A stretch of 61,210 nt of DNA, the filler included, from Jimgerdemannia flammicorona (taxonomy: Eukaryota), in the NCBI GenBank assembly GCA_003990765.1. It is 3 parts of 3 records of this genome, joined end to end, with 100 filler letters (N's around TTAATTAATTAA, not from the genome) between each part and the next. Parts side by side here need not be neighbours in the genome. Positions count along the whole stretch, not along the records: positions 20,445 to 40,779 come from RBNJ01001706.1; positions 40,880 to 61,210 come from RBNJ01001707.1; 1 more part is not named here. One strand, given 5' to 3'. Shown here piece after piece: positions 38,101 through 50,194 of this stretch. Made by a program: the position numbers and the translations under genes. Below the pieces are notes generated by a model, which ran no database searches, was not told the origin of the DNA, and worked only from the letters and a program-made list of their open reading frames with translations. The first letter of the stretch is position 1, and every line of letters begins with the position of its first letter.

Positions 38101-40779
38101 CGGGTACTGTGGGCCTCACAGCGTTTGGTGGCGCTCATGGAGAGATGGGTGGGTGTGCTGGAGGATAGGGCCGAGGCTGATTGGCATATTGCGAGAATCC
38201 GGCAGGAGGTGGAGGAACTCAAAGGGGTGCTATGGAGGGAGGAAGAGGAGCAGCTGCAGGGGATGGTAGCCCACTTGCGATGGCAGGGGCTTGTGGAAGG
38301 GGAGAGACCTACCAGGTTCTTATCGCAGTTGTTACAAGCACGACAAACAAGGCAGCAGTGGGAGGGAGTTTTGGATGAGAATGGCGAGCTGGTGGTGGGG
38401 ACCCCGGCGATTTTGGGCCTATTGCGATCCCAGTGAGGGAACCTTTGGAGTGAGGATGAAGAGGGACTGGATGCTCTGGACATTGAAAGGCAGCTGGGGG
38501 ATTGGCACCCAGACCCTACCATGGGACTTGTGGCATTGGGGGACCTGGTGAGTGGTGAGGAGATTTGCAAGGTGGTGGCCTCTACGAGTAAAGGGACAGC
38601 CCCGGGAGAGGATAGACTCCTCTGGGATTTTTGGCAGAAGATAACAGGGGTGCATGAGGTACTAGAGGAAATGATAGCTATGTGTGATGAAGTCCTTCGG
38701 TCTGGTGCCTGGATTGGGGGACAGCGCTTGGGGCTGGTCTCCTTGCTATATAAGAACAAGGGCAGGAGGGAGGATTGGAAGAACTGGCGGCCAATCATGC
38801 TTCTGGACATGGACCGCAAACTGGTGACGAAGATCTTGGTGTTGCAGTTGCAAGGGATCGCACAGCAGGTGCTTGGTTTGGAGCAATGTGGGTTTGTCGG
38901 TGGTCGGTTGATTCAAGATGGGACAGCCTGGGTTCATGGAGTGATTGAAGGTGCCCGGGCTACAGGGGTGGATGGCAGATTGGTATTTCTGGACCAGGAG
39001 AAGGCTTATGATAGAGTGCGGAGAATATGGCTGGAGGGAGTGCTGAAGCGGATTGGTATCCCCCCGGGGTTCCGAGGTTCATTGATCAGCCTCTTGGAGG
39101 ACAGTCAGGTGGCATTGGTCATCAATGGCCACCGGGGGGGTGACCTTCCCCCTGGGCCATGGGGTGCCGCAAGGGGACCCCTTGTCACCCATATTGTATG
39201 CCCTTTCCCTAGAGCCACTACTGGACAGGATTTGGTGTAAGATTGGAGGTTTGGACATTTTAGGGGTGAACTAGAAGGTGGGGGCCTTTGCCAATGATAT
39301 GGTGGTCAGACTGGGTTCCTTGGGGGATGTTGGAGAGTTGCAGAGGACAGTGGAATGGTATGAGTGGGGTTCTGGTGCTAAACTGAACTGGCACAAATGT
39401 GAGATGCTGGTGCTGGGTACTGGAATTGTCAGTGGCAATATTATTGGAATAGTGGTTCCGGCTGGTGAACCAGTGCACTACTTGGGGATCTACTTCTCGG
39501 TGTTCAGATCTCTTCTTCCCCAGGCATGGTGGGACCGTAAACTGCTGGAGTGGGGCGATGTCTTGATGTGATGGGGAGGCCGGCATATGTCCCTTGCCGG
39601 AAGGGTGATGGTGTTGAATGTGTACTGGATGCTGAAGCTGTGGTATGTTGGATATCATTTGGATTTCCCACCGTGGGTGGTTAAGGGGTTGTTGAAGATG
39701 GTGAGGTCGTGGATTTGGAGAGGGCAGCAGAGCCAGATTGGTTGGAAGGTGCTTACACTGCCCTTGAAAAGAGGTGGACTGGGCTTAGTGGACTTTACTA
39801 AGCAGCTTTTATGTCTGAGGGCCTGGTGGCTAAGGAGGGCGAGTGAGCTTAGAGGTCGGGAGTGGGTGCCACTCATGCAGAGGTTGTGGGAGGTTCAATA
39901 CTCCCCACGTGGTGGCTCCAGCGACCTGCTTGCAATGGTGGCCATGGAAGGGAGCCAGAGGATGCAGTTTACAGGCTTTTGGTGGAGAGCGGTGGATGGT
40001 GTTAAGAAAATCGGCCTTCGGTGGTGAGGTGACAAGGCTGAGGAGGTTTGGGGACCGCAGATGTGGAGATGGGACAGGCTTCTATTGGGTGGTGTTCTGG
40101 TGGAGGACTTTCAGCTTGGTGAGGGTCTGGAGTGCCTGCGAGGCCTAGGTGGAGACCTGTGGCCTGAAGCCTGGCAAAGGGTTGGAATTGGGAAAGAGTG
40201 GGATTGGAATGGGCTCTGGCTTTGGAGCAAACGGGTGAGGCAGTGGCTGCCCCCCAAGTTCTGGTTGGTGTGATGGCAGATCCTACAGCAGAATGTGATG
40301 CTGAACTATTGGTCTGGTCACTTGGTGGACGGTGGGGTATTTGAGTGCAAGGATTGTTTCAATGTTGGTCAGAAAGGAGGAGTGGTACAAATGCCTGAAC
40401 ATTGGCTTGGTGAGTGTGAGGTTTTGGGGGAGTTCTGGAGATGTATAATGGACAGGTTATGGTTGGGGGCTGGGGGGGGGGAGAGAGGGGGGAGATGGGG
40501 AGAGCTTTGCCGGCAATTAGTGGGTGGGGTCGGAGATGAATGGCTGATCCTTGGCTGGGTCTTGGCTATGTGGGTTGGGTTGGTGGAGCATTGGGTGCAT
40601 GTATTTGAGGATGGGCGTTGGGTTGGGGTTGGTGAAAGGGTGGCATGGTGGGAATGGTTGCTGTTGGACATTTTAAATAGCTGGTGGTGGGGTTGGGGTA
40701 TGGGTGGGGGGTACCGCAGAGGTTTGGTGCAGTATATCTCCCAGAAGAGTGGTGGGAGGGTTCAGGTAGTGGATGATCA
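35148..40779 (+). mobile_element. Near full-length non-LTR retrotransposon (L1/Tx1-like LINE), degenerate
   Basis: ORF1 35230-37146 with one internal TGA. ORF2 about 37170-40779: APE (LNVN, LLQD, GGDFN, SRID, SDY), RT (PGED, KNWRPIMLL, LDQEKAYDRV, GVPQGDPLSP, FAND), LPLKRGGLG and C-terminal CKDC..EHWLGEC. Runs into the gap. Confidence 0.95.
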
Positions 40780-40879
40780 NNNNNNNNNNNNNNNNNNNNN
40801 NNNNNNNNNNNNNNNNNNNNNNNTTAATTAATTAANNNNNNNNNNNNNNNNNNNNNNNNNNNNNNNNNNNNNNNNNNNN
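40780..40879. other. Artificial contig linker N44-TTAATTAATTAA-N44
   Basis: Identical 100-bp construct to 20345-20444. Confidence 0.97.
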
Positions 40880-40895
40880 AAAAAAAAAAAAAAAA

Positions 40896-43800
40896 GATGC
40901 CAGATACTTCAGCAGTATGGACCTCTTTGTGGGATTTCATGAAATCCCCATGGACTCAAAAGACATTCAAAAGACAGTCTTTCTTACTCTAGGAAAACTG
41001 TTTGAATACCTCTGAATGCCCTTTGGACTTTGTAATGCACCCCCATCTTTCAGAAGATGATGAATTCAGTCTATGCTCCCTTGTTCCACTATTGCCTGAT
41101 TGTATACATATACAATTCCAACATCTATTTAGCAAATTTTGAAGAACATCTGCACAACCTAAAGGAATTCTTCAAGCTCACCTGCAAGAACCACTTGAGG
41201 CTGAATGCAAAGAAATGCTACTTTGGGAAACAGAAACTTGAATTTCTTGGATTCATAGTTTTAAAAGAAAGAACCCATACAGACCCAAAGAAAACTAAAA
41301 AAATTAACAATTGGCCAGCACTCAAGACTCTGAAGGAAACATTATCATTCCTGATACTAGTATCTTACTACAGAAGGTTCATCAAGGATTTTGCCTAAAT
41401 TGCTGCTCTAATCTGAATCTTTCTCAAGAAAGAAGTGTCATTCAAGTGGACAGAATCACAAGAAACAGCCTTCAAAGAACTCAAGAACTGCATGACTACA
41501 GTACTAATCCTTGTGCACCCCAATCTACAGAAGTCATTCATCTTGTACACAGATGCTTCTAAAGATAGCCTAAGAGTAGTTCTAGCCCAAGAAAGACCTG
41601 ATCAACAACACCATATAATAGCTTATGCAAGCAGAGCTACCAATCAGCAACAGATAAACTATGGTAGCACCAAACTAGAATACCTTGCAGTCATATGGGC
41701 AATCACATTGTTCAAGTATTATCTCATTGAAAAAAAGTTCACTCTGATCACAGACCATACAGCCCTCAAATGGCTATTCAACTATAAGGAACTTATCAGA
41801 ATTCTAGCCTGCTGGACCCTTATTCTTCAGTATTACAAAATCACCATCATCAATAAAGCAGGGAAAGCCCACAACAATGTTGATGTACTTTCCTGCCAAC
41901 TCCAATAAACCAGAAGAAGGGTGTCCTGAGAAACTACACTTTAAAAGAAGCTCCTCAGACCATCAAGATACAAGAAGATCTCATCTGTAAAGAACATCAA
42001 AAAGCCCACTAAGGACAGATAAGTACAGAAGACAAGATTCAAAAACTGTATCAACACTGGCCCCACCTCAGAACCCAAGTCCAAGACATCATTGACACTT
42101 GTCAGAAGTACTAGAGAAAGAAGAACTATCAAGCCCCTTTACAACTGATTCCCCCACTCACTCACATCTTTCAGAGATAGAGAGTAGATATAATAGAACC
42201 TCTGCCAATAATACCAAAATGAAATAGATATATCCTAGTATTTGTTGAACACTTGACCAAATGGCCTGAAGCATACTCTATGGAGATCGCAGATGTCCTT
42301 TCCATTATTGGACATTTTTATGACCTCGCCCTCTGATATAGACCCCCTGAAGAACTCATCTCTGATAGAGAAACTGAATTTGTGAATAACATAATCTCAA
42401 GCTATACAAAAATTCATGAGATCCACCTGAAACGAACCACCTTTTATCATCCTCAAACCAATGGAATGATTGAAAGAATGAACCAGACCATCAAGAAAGG
42501 ACTTGCCTGAGTCAACTCTACCAATTGGGACCTCTGCTTACCCGAGATCCTATGGGAAATTCGAAATATCCCTGCTGCATCTACCAAACAAAAGCCCTTT
42601 AAAATGATATTTGCCAAAAAGACCAGAACTGCTGACCATAAGAACCTTGAAAAGCTTCTTGAAAAAGAAGATTGGCTGCAAAATGAAGCCTGAATTCAGA
42701 TTATCAAGGCCCAGAAAAGACAAAAGAAGTATTATGACCAGAAACAGAAGGATCAGAAGATCAAGATTGGTGATCAAGTCTTAGTTTAGAGAAGCATAAT
42801 AGAAACAAACTTTGTTGCTAAACTGAAACTGAAATGGGAAGGACCATACCTTGTACACAACATCAGAGGAACCAGCATCTATATAAGAAACATGGATGGA
42901 CATGTCTTGAGAACTCCAGTCTACATCAATTGCCTCAAGATATATCTGTACAAACTATGACTCAGAGGATAGATCAATGCCTTCAGACCCTCATTCTCAG
43001 CTCTTTCCAAGCTCTGCCAATTCCCCTGCCCCAGTTTCGCCAACTTGAAGGAACCCCCATACAATTGATCCAGAAGCATCAAGAGAACCTTGCCATTGCC
43101 CAGAGGTTGCTTCAGATGCCTTCTACAACATTGGACAGCTATTGACAGAATAACCTTACATAAGGAGCCTGGCCAGAATTACTCTCAGAGAAGCAAGAAC
43201 TGCCAAATGAATCTACACTCTGTATAATTGAAATGTTGGAGCCCTGGTGCAGTCTCACTTCTACCTCAATGACATTTATCAGATGAATGAGATCACCTTT
43301 CAGAGTATTCTTCAACAAGTAGACATCTTGTTTCCCAAAGAACAAGAAGAAGATCCAGAGCTAGAATGGAGTGACCCAGATATAGACAATGAAGATGATG
43401 GAACAGACATAGATGTAGAAGATGCCTATGCTTATTGGAATGATGACTAAAGGATAGCCTGGGACAGACTACCCTTTAGTGGAGACTGATGTGATAATCT
43501 ATAAAAATGCAGCATCTAAAAACTTAGCCAGATGATACAAACATTAGCACAACATAGTAACCAGCAACCATTGCTGCAGAAAATGTATAAATAATCCAGA
43601 TAGCTAAAGAAGGGAAAAACCCTGATAGTGGCTGTCACTCTGACAGTAGCTGTCACCCTGACAGTAGCTATCACCCTGATAGTAAATGTCACCCCATAAA
43701 TAGTATTCTATAGTTAGTCAGATAGCAATCAGATAGCAACCACAATATATAAAATACCCCAGAGACAAGAGTGAATAAACCTCAGTTCTGAAATATAAAG

Positions 43801-44761
43801 CAAAAGACAAGTCTGCCTACTATACTTCAAAAGATATATCTGCCAAAAGCCACTGATCTAGGAAGAATTGCAATACTTAAGAGAAATGCCTGCTCTATAG
43901 CCACTACTAGGAGATTGCAAGCTTTGCTCCTTTCTCACTCCAGTCTACTTTCTGTTATAAAGAATGAGTCCATTTTGGTTCACTTACTAGATAAGCCTGA
44001 AGAATCTGAGTTTACTACTCAAGTTTAAGGAAGAACTTTGCAGCCTTTTGAGTAATCTACTGCTTGAGGAATAAGCCACCATTTTCAAGAAGTCTGCTGA
44101 TTTAGAAGAATCCATGCCATCATATTTCCAAAAGAGCCCACCGATTCAGGAAGAATCCACATCATCCAAGTAGTATTCTCAGTTGAAGCTGAATCTGCAT
44201 CATCTGCCATTTCTAAGTTATCTGCCACATTCCCAGTTGAAGCTACCAATTCAGGAAGAATCTGTACTATCTGAGTTATTCATTTATTCCCAGTGAGCCA
44301 AATCAAGTTATCTGCCAGAAACCACATACTTTTGGAAATTGTCATACTATATAGAGATTGTCATGTAGAGATTGCCATCACCTAAGAAGGAAAACTACTA
44401 AATTGACAGACCATCATATATAAGGAAGCTCATGCTATACAAAGATCATCACACTACATAGAGATCATCACACCAAGACTATCACCCAGAAATTGCATAC
44501 TTTTGGAGATTGTCTCACTATACAAAATTGTAGTATTCCCAGTTGACCTAAGAAGGAAATCTGTTCACATATACAAATTGCTGCTACACCCAAGAACCTG
44601 TCCCAGAAAGGAAACCACTTACACAGTATCCAGATCTTGACTATTATACCACTAAATACTAAGAACATTTTGTTGCTTTTAACAAAATAACTGGAGACTC
44701 AAGCCAATCTACATAGTTGCCCAACCTTATAATTGGCCTCTATTGAGCCAGACACATTATA
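40896..44761 (+). mobile_element. Gypsy family A 3' half: RT, RNase H, integrase, extra ORF, PPT, 3' LTR
   Basis: MPFGLCNAPPSFRR; YTDASK...TDHTALKW (RNase H); ISDRETEF...YHPQTNGMIER and GPY (integrase). PPT-like TTTAGTGGAGACTGA. LTR 43490-44761. Confidence 0.95.
42957..43450 (+). pseudogene. Extra ORF3 of Gypsy family A (about 160 aa, acidic C-terminus)
   Basis: ATG overlaps the pol stop (ATGA). MTQRIDQCLQTLIL...EWSDPDIDNEDDGTDIDVEDAYAYWNDD*, with internal stops and a frameshift. Homolog at 59372-59883. Confidence 0.7.
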
Positions 44762-46503
44762 CTATATTCAAATTTAATGATCTTTAGCTTATTAGATTTA
44801 CCTTATATAAAGGAATATAATAAGCTAATAACTGTTAAATTTGGATATATATTTATTAAGTAATTATATTTTAAAAAATAGAGTTTAAATTGAATTTTAA
44901 ATTAAATTAGTCTTTGATTCAATTTGAATTAAATTGAATTGGACCTTTGATTTAATTTATTGAGAGTACTAGATTCATATATTCCAACTCTAGTTATATA
45001 CTAAAAATATCTTTAAAGAAAAAACAATACTATCTCTAGATCTAATTATTATCAACTAAGAACTAGAATATAAAGTCAATTATATTTTAGATCACAAGAA
45101 TTACTAATTCAGACAAGCTACCAAATCTATCTAGTACTACTTTGTAAAATAAAAAGAATATTCTGAGTATAATACTATCTAGAAAAAAGAAGACAACCTT
45201 TTGCTAAATACAGAAGAAGTAGTAACCTAATATAGATATATGATATAATATAAATTCTGATAGAATTTCTAAAAGACAGTTATATTTCTAAATACCTCTG
45301 ATAAAGAGGAGTAGCAGAAATCATACTACTAATATTATAAAATAACTATATATCATAGTAGACATACTAAGCAGTCCTAGGTATACAGTATAAAAGACAG
45401 TCAAATATATCTAAGAATATCTAGGACTGCTTTATCATAACAACTTGTATAATTAGCCAGAGATATTAGAAAGAGTATGTTTATCATACAGACTCTATAT
45501 ACTATACAGACTCTATACACCTATCATAAATAGCATTCTATACTTAGCTATATAGCAATCAGATAGCAACTAACTTATATAAAATACTCTAGAGACAAGA
45601 GTGAATAAACCTCAGTCTAAAATTAAATCTAAAGTAATAGTATTTTCTTTTTACTCTAGTCTACTTTTCAATATAAAGATTGATTGGTATACTTGCTGAA
45701 TAAGCCTGAAGAACTTGAGAAATCTGTCAAGTTCAAGTAAAGAACTTTATTGCTAAAAGAAGAGAATCTGAGTTATTTCTCAGAAAAGTCTACTAATTCA
45801 GGAAGAATCTGCTGCCATTTCCAGAGAGTTTACTATAGAAATCTTGTCACAAAGTCAGTTTATCTGATGCAACTTCACAGTAGAGCTAGTTCATCTAATA
45901 TAATTCCACATAAATGAAGCCAGTCTTTGATATAACTTTACTAAGAATTTGTACTATTTGAGTTTAAGATATTTACTAAAAGAGCTAATTTAGGAAGAAT
46001 CTATATTATTTAAGTTATTGAGTTATCTACCAAACTGAGTTATCTGCTATCCAAGTTATTAAGTTACCCACCAAACTAAGTCATCTACTATTTTTGAAAA
46101 ATCTGCATAAGGAAGTCTACTAAGATCATTATATCAGAAATTATATACTTTTGAAAATAAGATTGTTATATCAGAAATTAAAATAAGATTATTATACAGA
46201 GATCATTATGATACATAGAGATCATTATGCTATACAGAGATTACTATTCAGAAATTACATACTTTTGAAGATTACTATAATACTAAATTGCTATTATATA
46301 TATCCAAGAACTATTCCAATAAGAAAATTAATATACAAATTGACTGTTATATCCAGATTTGACCATTATACTACCAAACACTAAGGACTTTAGAAATTAT
46401 AGAATATTTTGTTACTTTTTAATAAAGTAACTAGAGGCTTAAGCCAAACTACATCAATTTTCAATCTTGTAATCTATCTTTATTGAGCTAGATATATTAC
46501 ATT

Positions 46504-46520
46504 TGGGGGCTCAACTGGAA
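46504..46520 (+). promoter_or_regulatory. Primer-binding site, tRNA-Pro-like
   Basis: TGGGGGCTCAACTGGAA immediately after the LTR, resembling the tRNA-Pro PBS TGGGGGCTCGTCCGGGAT with CpG decay. Second copy at 10431-10446 (minus). Confidence 0.7.
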
Positions 46521-49500
46521 AATTCACACACTGAAGAAGATTTCAAAATCAATATAACTTTTTAACTCATAAGAACTCATGGTCAAACTGGATATATTTG
46601 ATATAATACCAATTTCTGCTACTACAGAAGAACCAATTATTACTAGTATTTAGATAGAAAGAGAAGAAATTACCTCAAGACTTGCCAACTACCTACTATT
46701 AAAAGGATCTCAATAGGAAGTTAGTATAGTACAGAATTCCTAGTTAGAACTAACAGATTTATTACTAGACCAATCAGATCAACCAGATAATATAGACAGT
46801 CTAGCCAGGACCTTCAATAAGCTTATATAAGAACTTGAAGTATACAAATATGATTTCCTGCAGAAGTTCTACTAATTTCACCTATTGAATCTCTACCACC
46901 AGCTATCATAGAACAGAAAGAACTAGGAGTAGCCCATTCAAGAATATCCAGATCTATTGCACCTTGCTCAAGATTTATAATACTATCTTTAGGATATCTA
47001 AGTGTTCTGAACTCTAGTAATAATTCAGAAAGTGAATAAGAATCAGAATCCAAATCAGAATCAGAATCAGGACCAGAATTAGAATCAGAAGATAGTAATA
47101 ATAAAATAGCCACTCTATTGTCAACCTTTGTAGGATACTCAGAAGAAGATCCAAGAGAATTTCTTAATAGAATTGAAGGAATCACAGCTCTAAAGAACCT
47201 CTCATCTGAAAGAAAAGTTGCTATCTATAAGGCCCAACTTAGAGAACTAGTTAAGAGAATTTTCATCTGAGTAAGAAATGATGCAAATTCAGACCTAAGA
47301 GTAGCTATCTATATAACACTAATTTGGCTAGCAGAATATGAAGCCATGACCTACTAATTTATTGAGAAGTATACAGAAAATAAGATCTACTATAAGACTT
47401 AAGAATCTATTATAGAAATGAAGATAAATATTGGAGAATCACTTAGAGCATTCTTTATAAGAATCTAAAAAAGAATATATGTAGCTGGGTTCAATATTAC
47501 CAACTAAGATATTATTGGCCCAATGACCTTTATGAATGAGATTCTTCTAAATATTACTCAGTATATCTGTATCTTAAGTATCAGAAGGTCTGAAGAGCAA
47601 GTAGATACAGCTTAAGGATTTTTTAAATCAGATAAGGAACTATCTGGAGTGACTATGATAAGAAGAATAACAAGAAGGATATCTTGGTCAAAGCTCTACA
47701 AGAACTTCTCTAAGGACAGGAAAGATCTGAAGAAAGAAAGCCAGCTAAAGAATAAAAGAAAAACAGAAATAAAATTCAAAATCTCAGTTCCAAGTTAGAC
47801 TGATTGGTAGAACAGATTAAAAAACTTACTACATATCAAAATCAGAGCTACTTACAAGACAACAGAGGGTATACACTACAAAGAAACCAAGGTTATCTAC
47901 TCAGAGATAATAGGAGCTATTAGTAAGAAGAAAGAAGATACTCTGTCCAGAACAGAGCCCAAGTCCAGTGCTTCTACTGTAGACAATTTGGATACTATAC
48001 CACTGAATGTGATAACAAAGAAGTGACAAGAAACTCAGAACTACTAAATTGAAGAAATGAAATCTAATACAAGAAGACTGAAGCCCATTCTGTCAAAGAC
48101 TTTGAAGAAGAAAGTAATAGTAAAGACTATAGTGACCTGGACTTATACTCAGCCAAAGTTAATACTAATAAGATAGTTTACCCAGCAGAGAAAAGAAAGA
48201 GATATATAGAAAGACCATCCAGGAATATATATCAGCAGAAGAATTCAAGAGAAAGATAAAGATCATGAGAAGGAACAAGTAGAAACACCTCTTCAATCTC
48301 TCTCACCTTTTGTTTCTGAAATGAATAAACTACCTCTAAAGGATGAAGAAATGGAGCAAAGAGAACAAGAGCCTGCTGTCCTGAAGCCTAAGAAGAAGTA
48401 CATCTCAAAGACTATGCCCAGAGATATCTATAATGAAGTCTGGTAAAAGATTCAAGAAGCTAAGATAGAAGTGCTACTCTTGTAGTTCCTCTAACTAATA
48501 TCTGCTGGAGTTCAAAACAAATTGTTGAAAACTACCAGATCCAGCACTGGCCAAGTTCCAATTCTACAATAAGAATCAGTTCTCACTCCTATCTAAGCTG
48601 TAGAAAGATATGTCAGCATCCACTTACATAGAGATATTGGAGGATAAAAGATGAAAATTCTTATAGATATAGGAGTAGCTATCTGTATTATTGTCAAATA
48701 TTTTCTGGACACACTCTAATGGTCCATTGATGGACTATCTAATCTCAGCATTATAGTAGTAGATAGAGCCTAAACTCAACTCCTTGAAGAAGTATGAAAC
48801 ATTACTATCTCTCTGAGACATATTCAGTTTTCTATCCCAAAAGTTATTATTACTGAAGCTGTCACCTATGATATGATTCTTGGTATTAACTTGATAAAGA
48901 AAATGAATATAGTTATTGATATTAGCTAACAAGTACTCAAATTCAATTACCAAGAAAAGAAGTATAGAGTTAAGTTGACTAGCTATGAGCAATTAAAGAA
49001 AAAGAAGAAAGTTACTATCCAGAATAAATATACCAGTAGTGAAGAATCTACTACTGAAGTAGAAGAAGAATCTGAGGATGAAAATGATCTCAGACTCAGT
49101 CTACAAATCAATCTAGTAGATGACAGACCAGAGGACAATGTGTGGATCAGGAATACTATCTCTATCACTATTGGAGCAATTGTAAAATAAATCAAAGAAT
49201 GTCTCATCTGTCTCAAAAGATATAAGTGCCCTGAGCACTTCTCTAAAATCATTAAGAAAAGGAATTTGCCTGATACAACCTACCTCAAGTATAGAAAAAG
49301 AAAGACATATTCCAAAGATACCTATAGCAGAAGCTATAGAAGTATAAGCAATTTGAGGTCAAGAATTATCCAAAGAAGAAGAAACCCCTGAACAAGAAGT
49401 ATCTGAAGAGGAAGAAGTCTCTGAACTTATCCCCTGAGATGACTCTTACTGGATACTATTAGAAGATAATGACCTCTGAAATGGTGAAGAAGGACCCAAT

Positions 49501-49699
49501 ATAATCTCTATTATTTTAAAGTAAGGAATACTCCAAAAAAGAGCCTTTCAGTTAGGAAGATATCTATATCAAATAGTCTTCTACTCTTCTCAAGACTACT
49601 GTTATTGGTGCTATCTACTGGATTAATAAGAAAGACAGAGACCCCAAAGACCAGAACTTCTAACTAGTGCATCGCAACCCAAGCTGATCCATATACATA

Positions 49700-50030
49700 T
49701 TTAACCTGACCTAGAATTATATGTCACCTGTCTTTAACCCAACCTGGAATTATATGTCACCTGTCTTTAACCCAACCTGGAATAATATATCACCCATCTT
49801 TAACCTGACCCAGAATAATATATCACCTATCTTTAACCCAACCCATAATTATATGTCACCTATCTTTAACCTGACCTGGAAACATATGTCACCTGTCTTT
49901 AACCCAACCTGGAATTATATATAATCCATCTTTAACCCAACCCGAGAAATATATGTAACCCAACCCGAGAAATATATATGACCCGACCCAAGAAATATAT
50001 GTGACCCGACCCTAACCTATATTTAACCTG
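49700..50030. repeat. hAT left subterminal 33-bp tandem repeats
   Basis: About 7 copies of TTTAACCCAACCTGGAATTATATGTCACCTGTC, with inverted copies at 55255-55480. Confidence 0.9.
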
Positions 50031-50194
50031 ACACAGACTCATCTTTAATCCACCTTTAAGCTATAAGACACTAAAAAAAATATATTACATATCTAAGATA
50101 TATATTTAGAATAAACAAACAGAAATATAATTAGGAATCAGAAATCAAATTAAAATCAGAAATAAATAGGAAGTAAATCAGGAAAATAAAGAAC

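Noticed and set aside
35499..40671. Long antisense ORFs over the LINE (and similar ones over the Zn-cluster copies)
   Set aside because: Shadow ORFs from GC-rich, strand-skewed coding sequence; no motifs.
42957..43450. ORF3 as a true envelope gene
   Set aside because: Too short, with no evident signal peptide or transmembrane helix.
49721..49924. ORF with MSPVFNPTWNY repeats
   Set aside because: Incidental translation of the 33-bp subterminal repeat.
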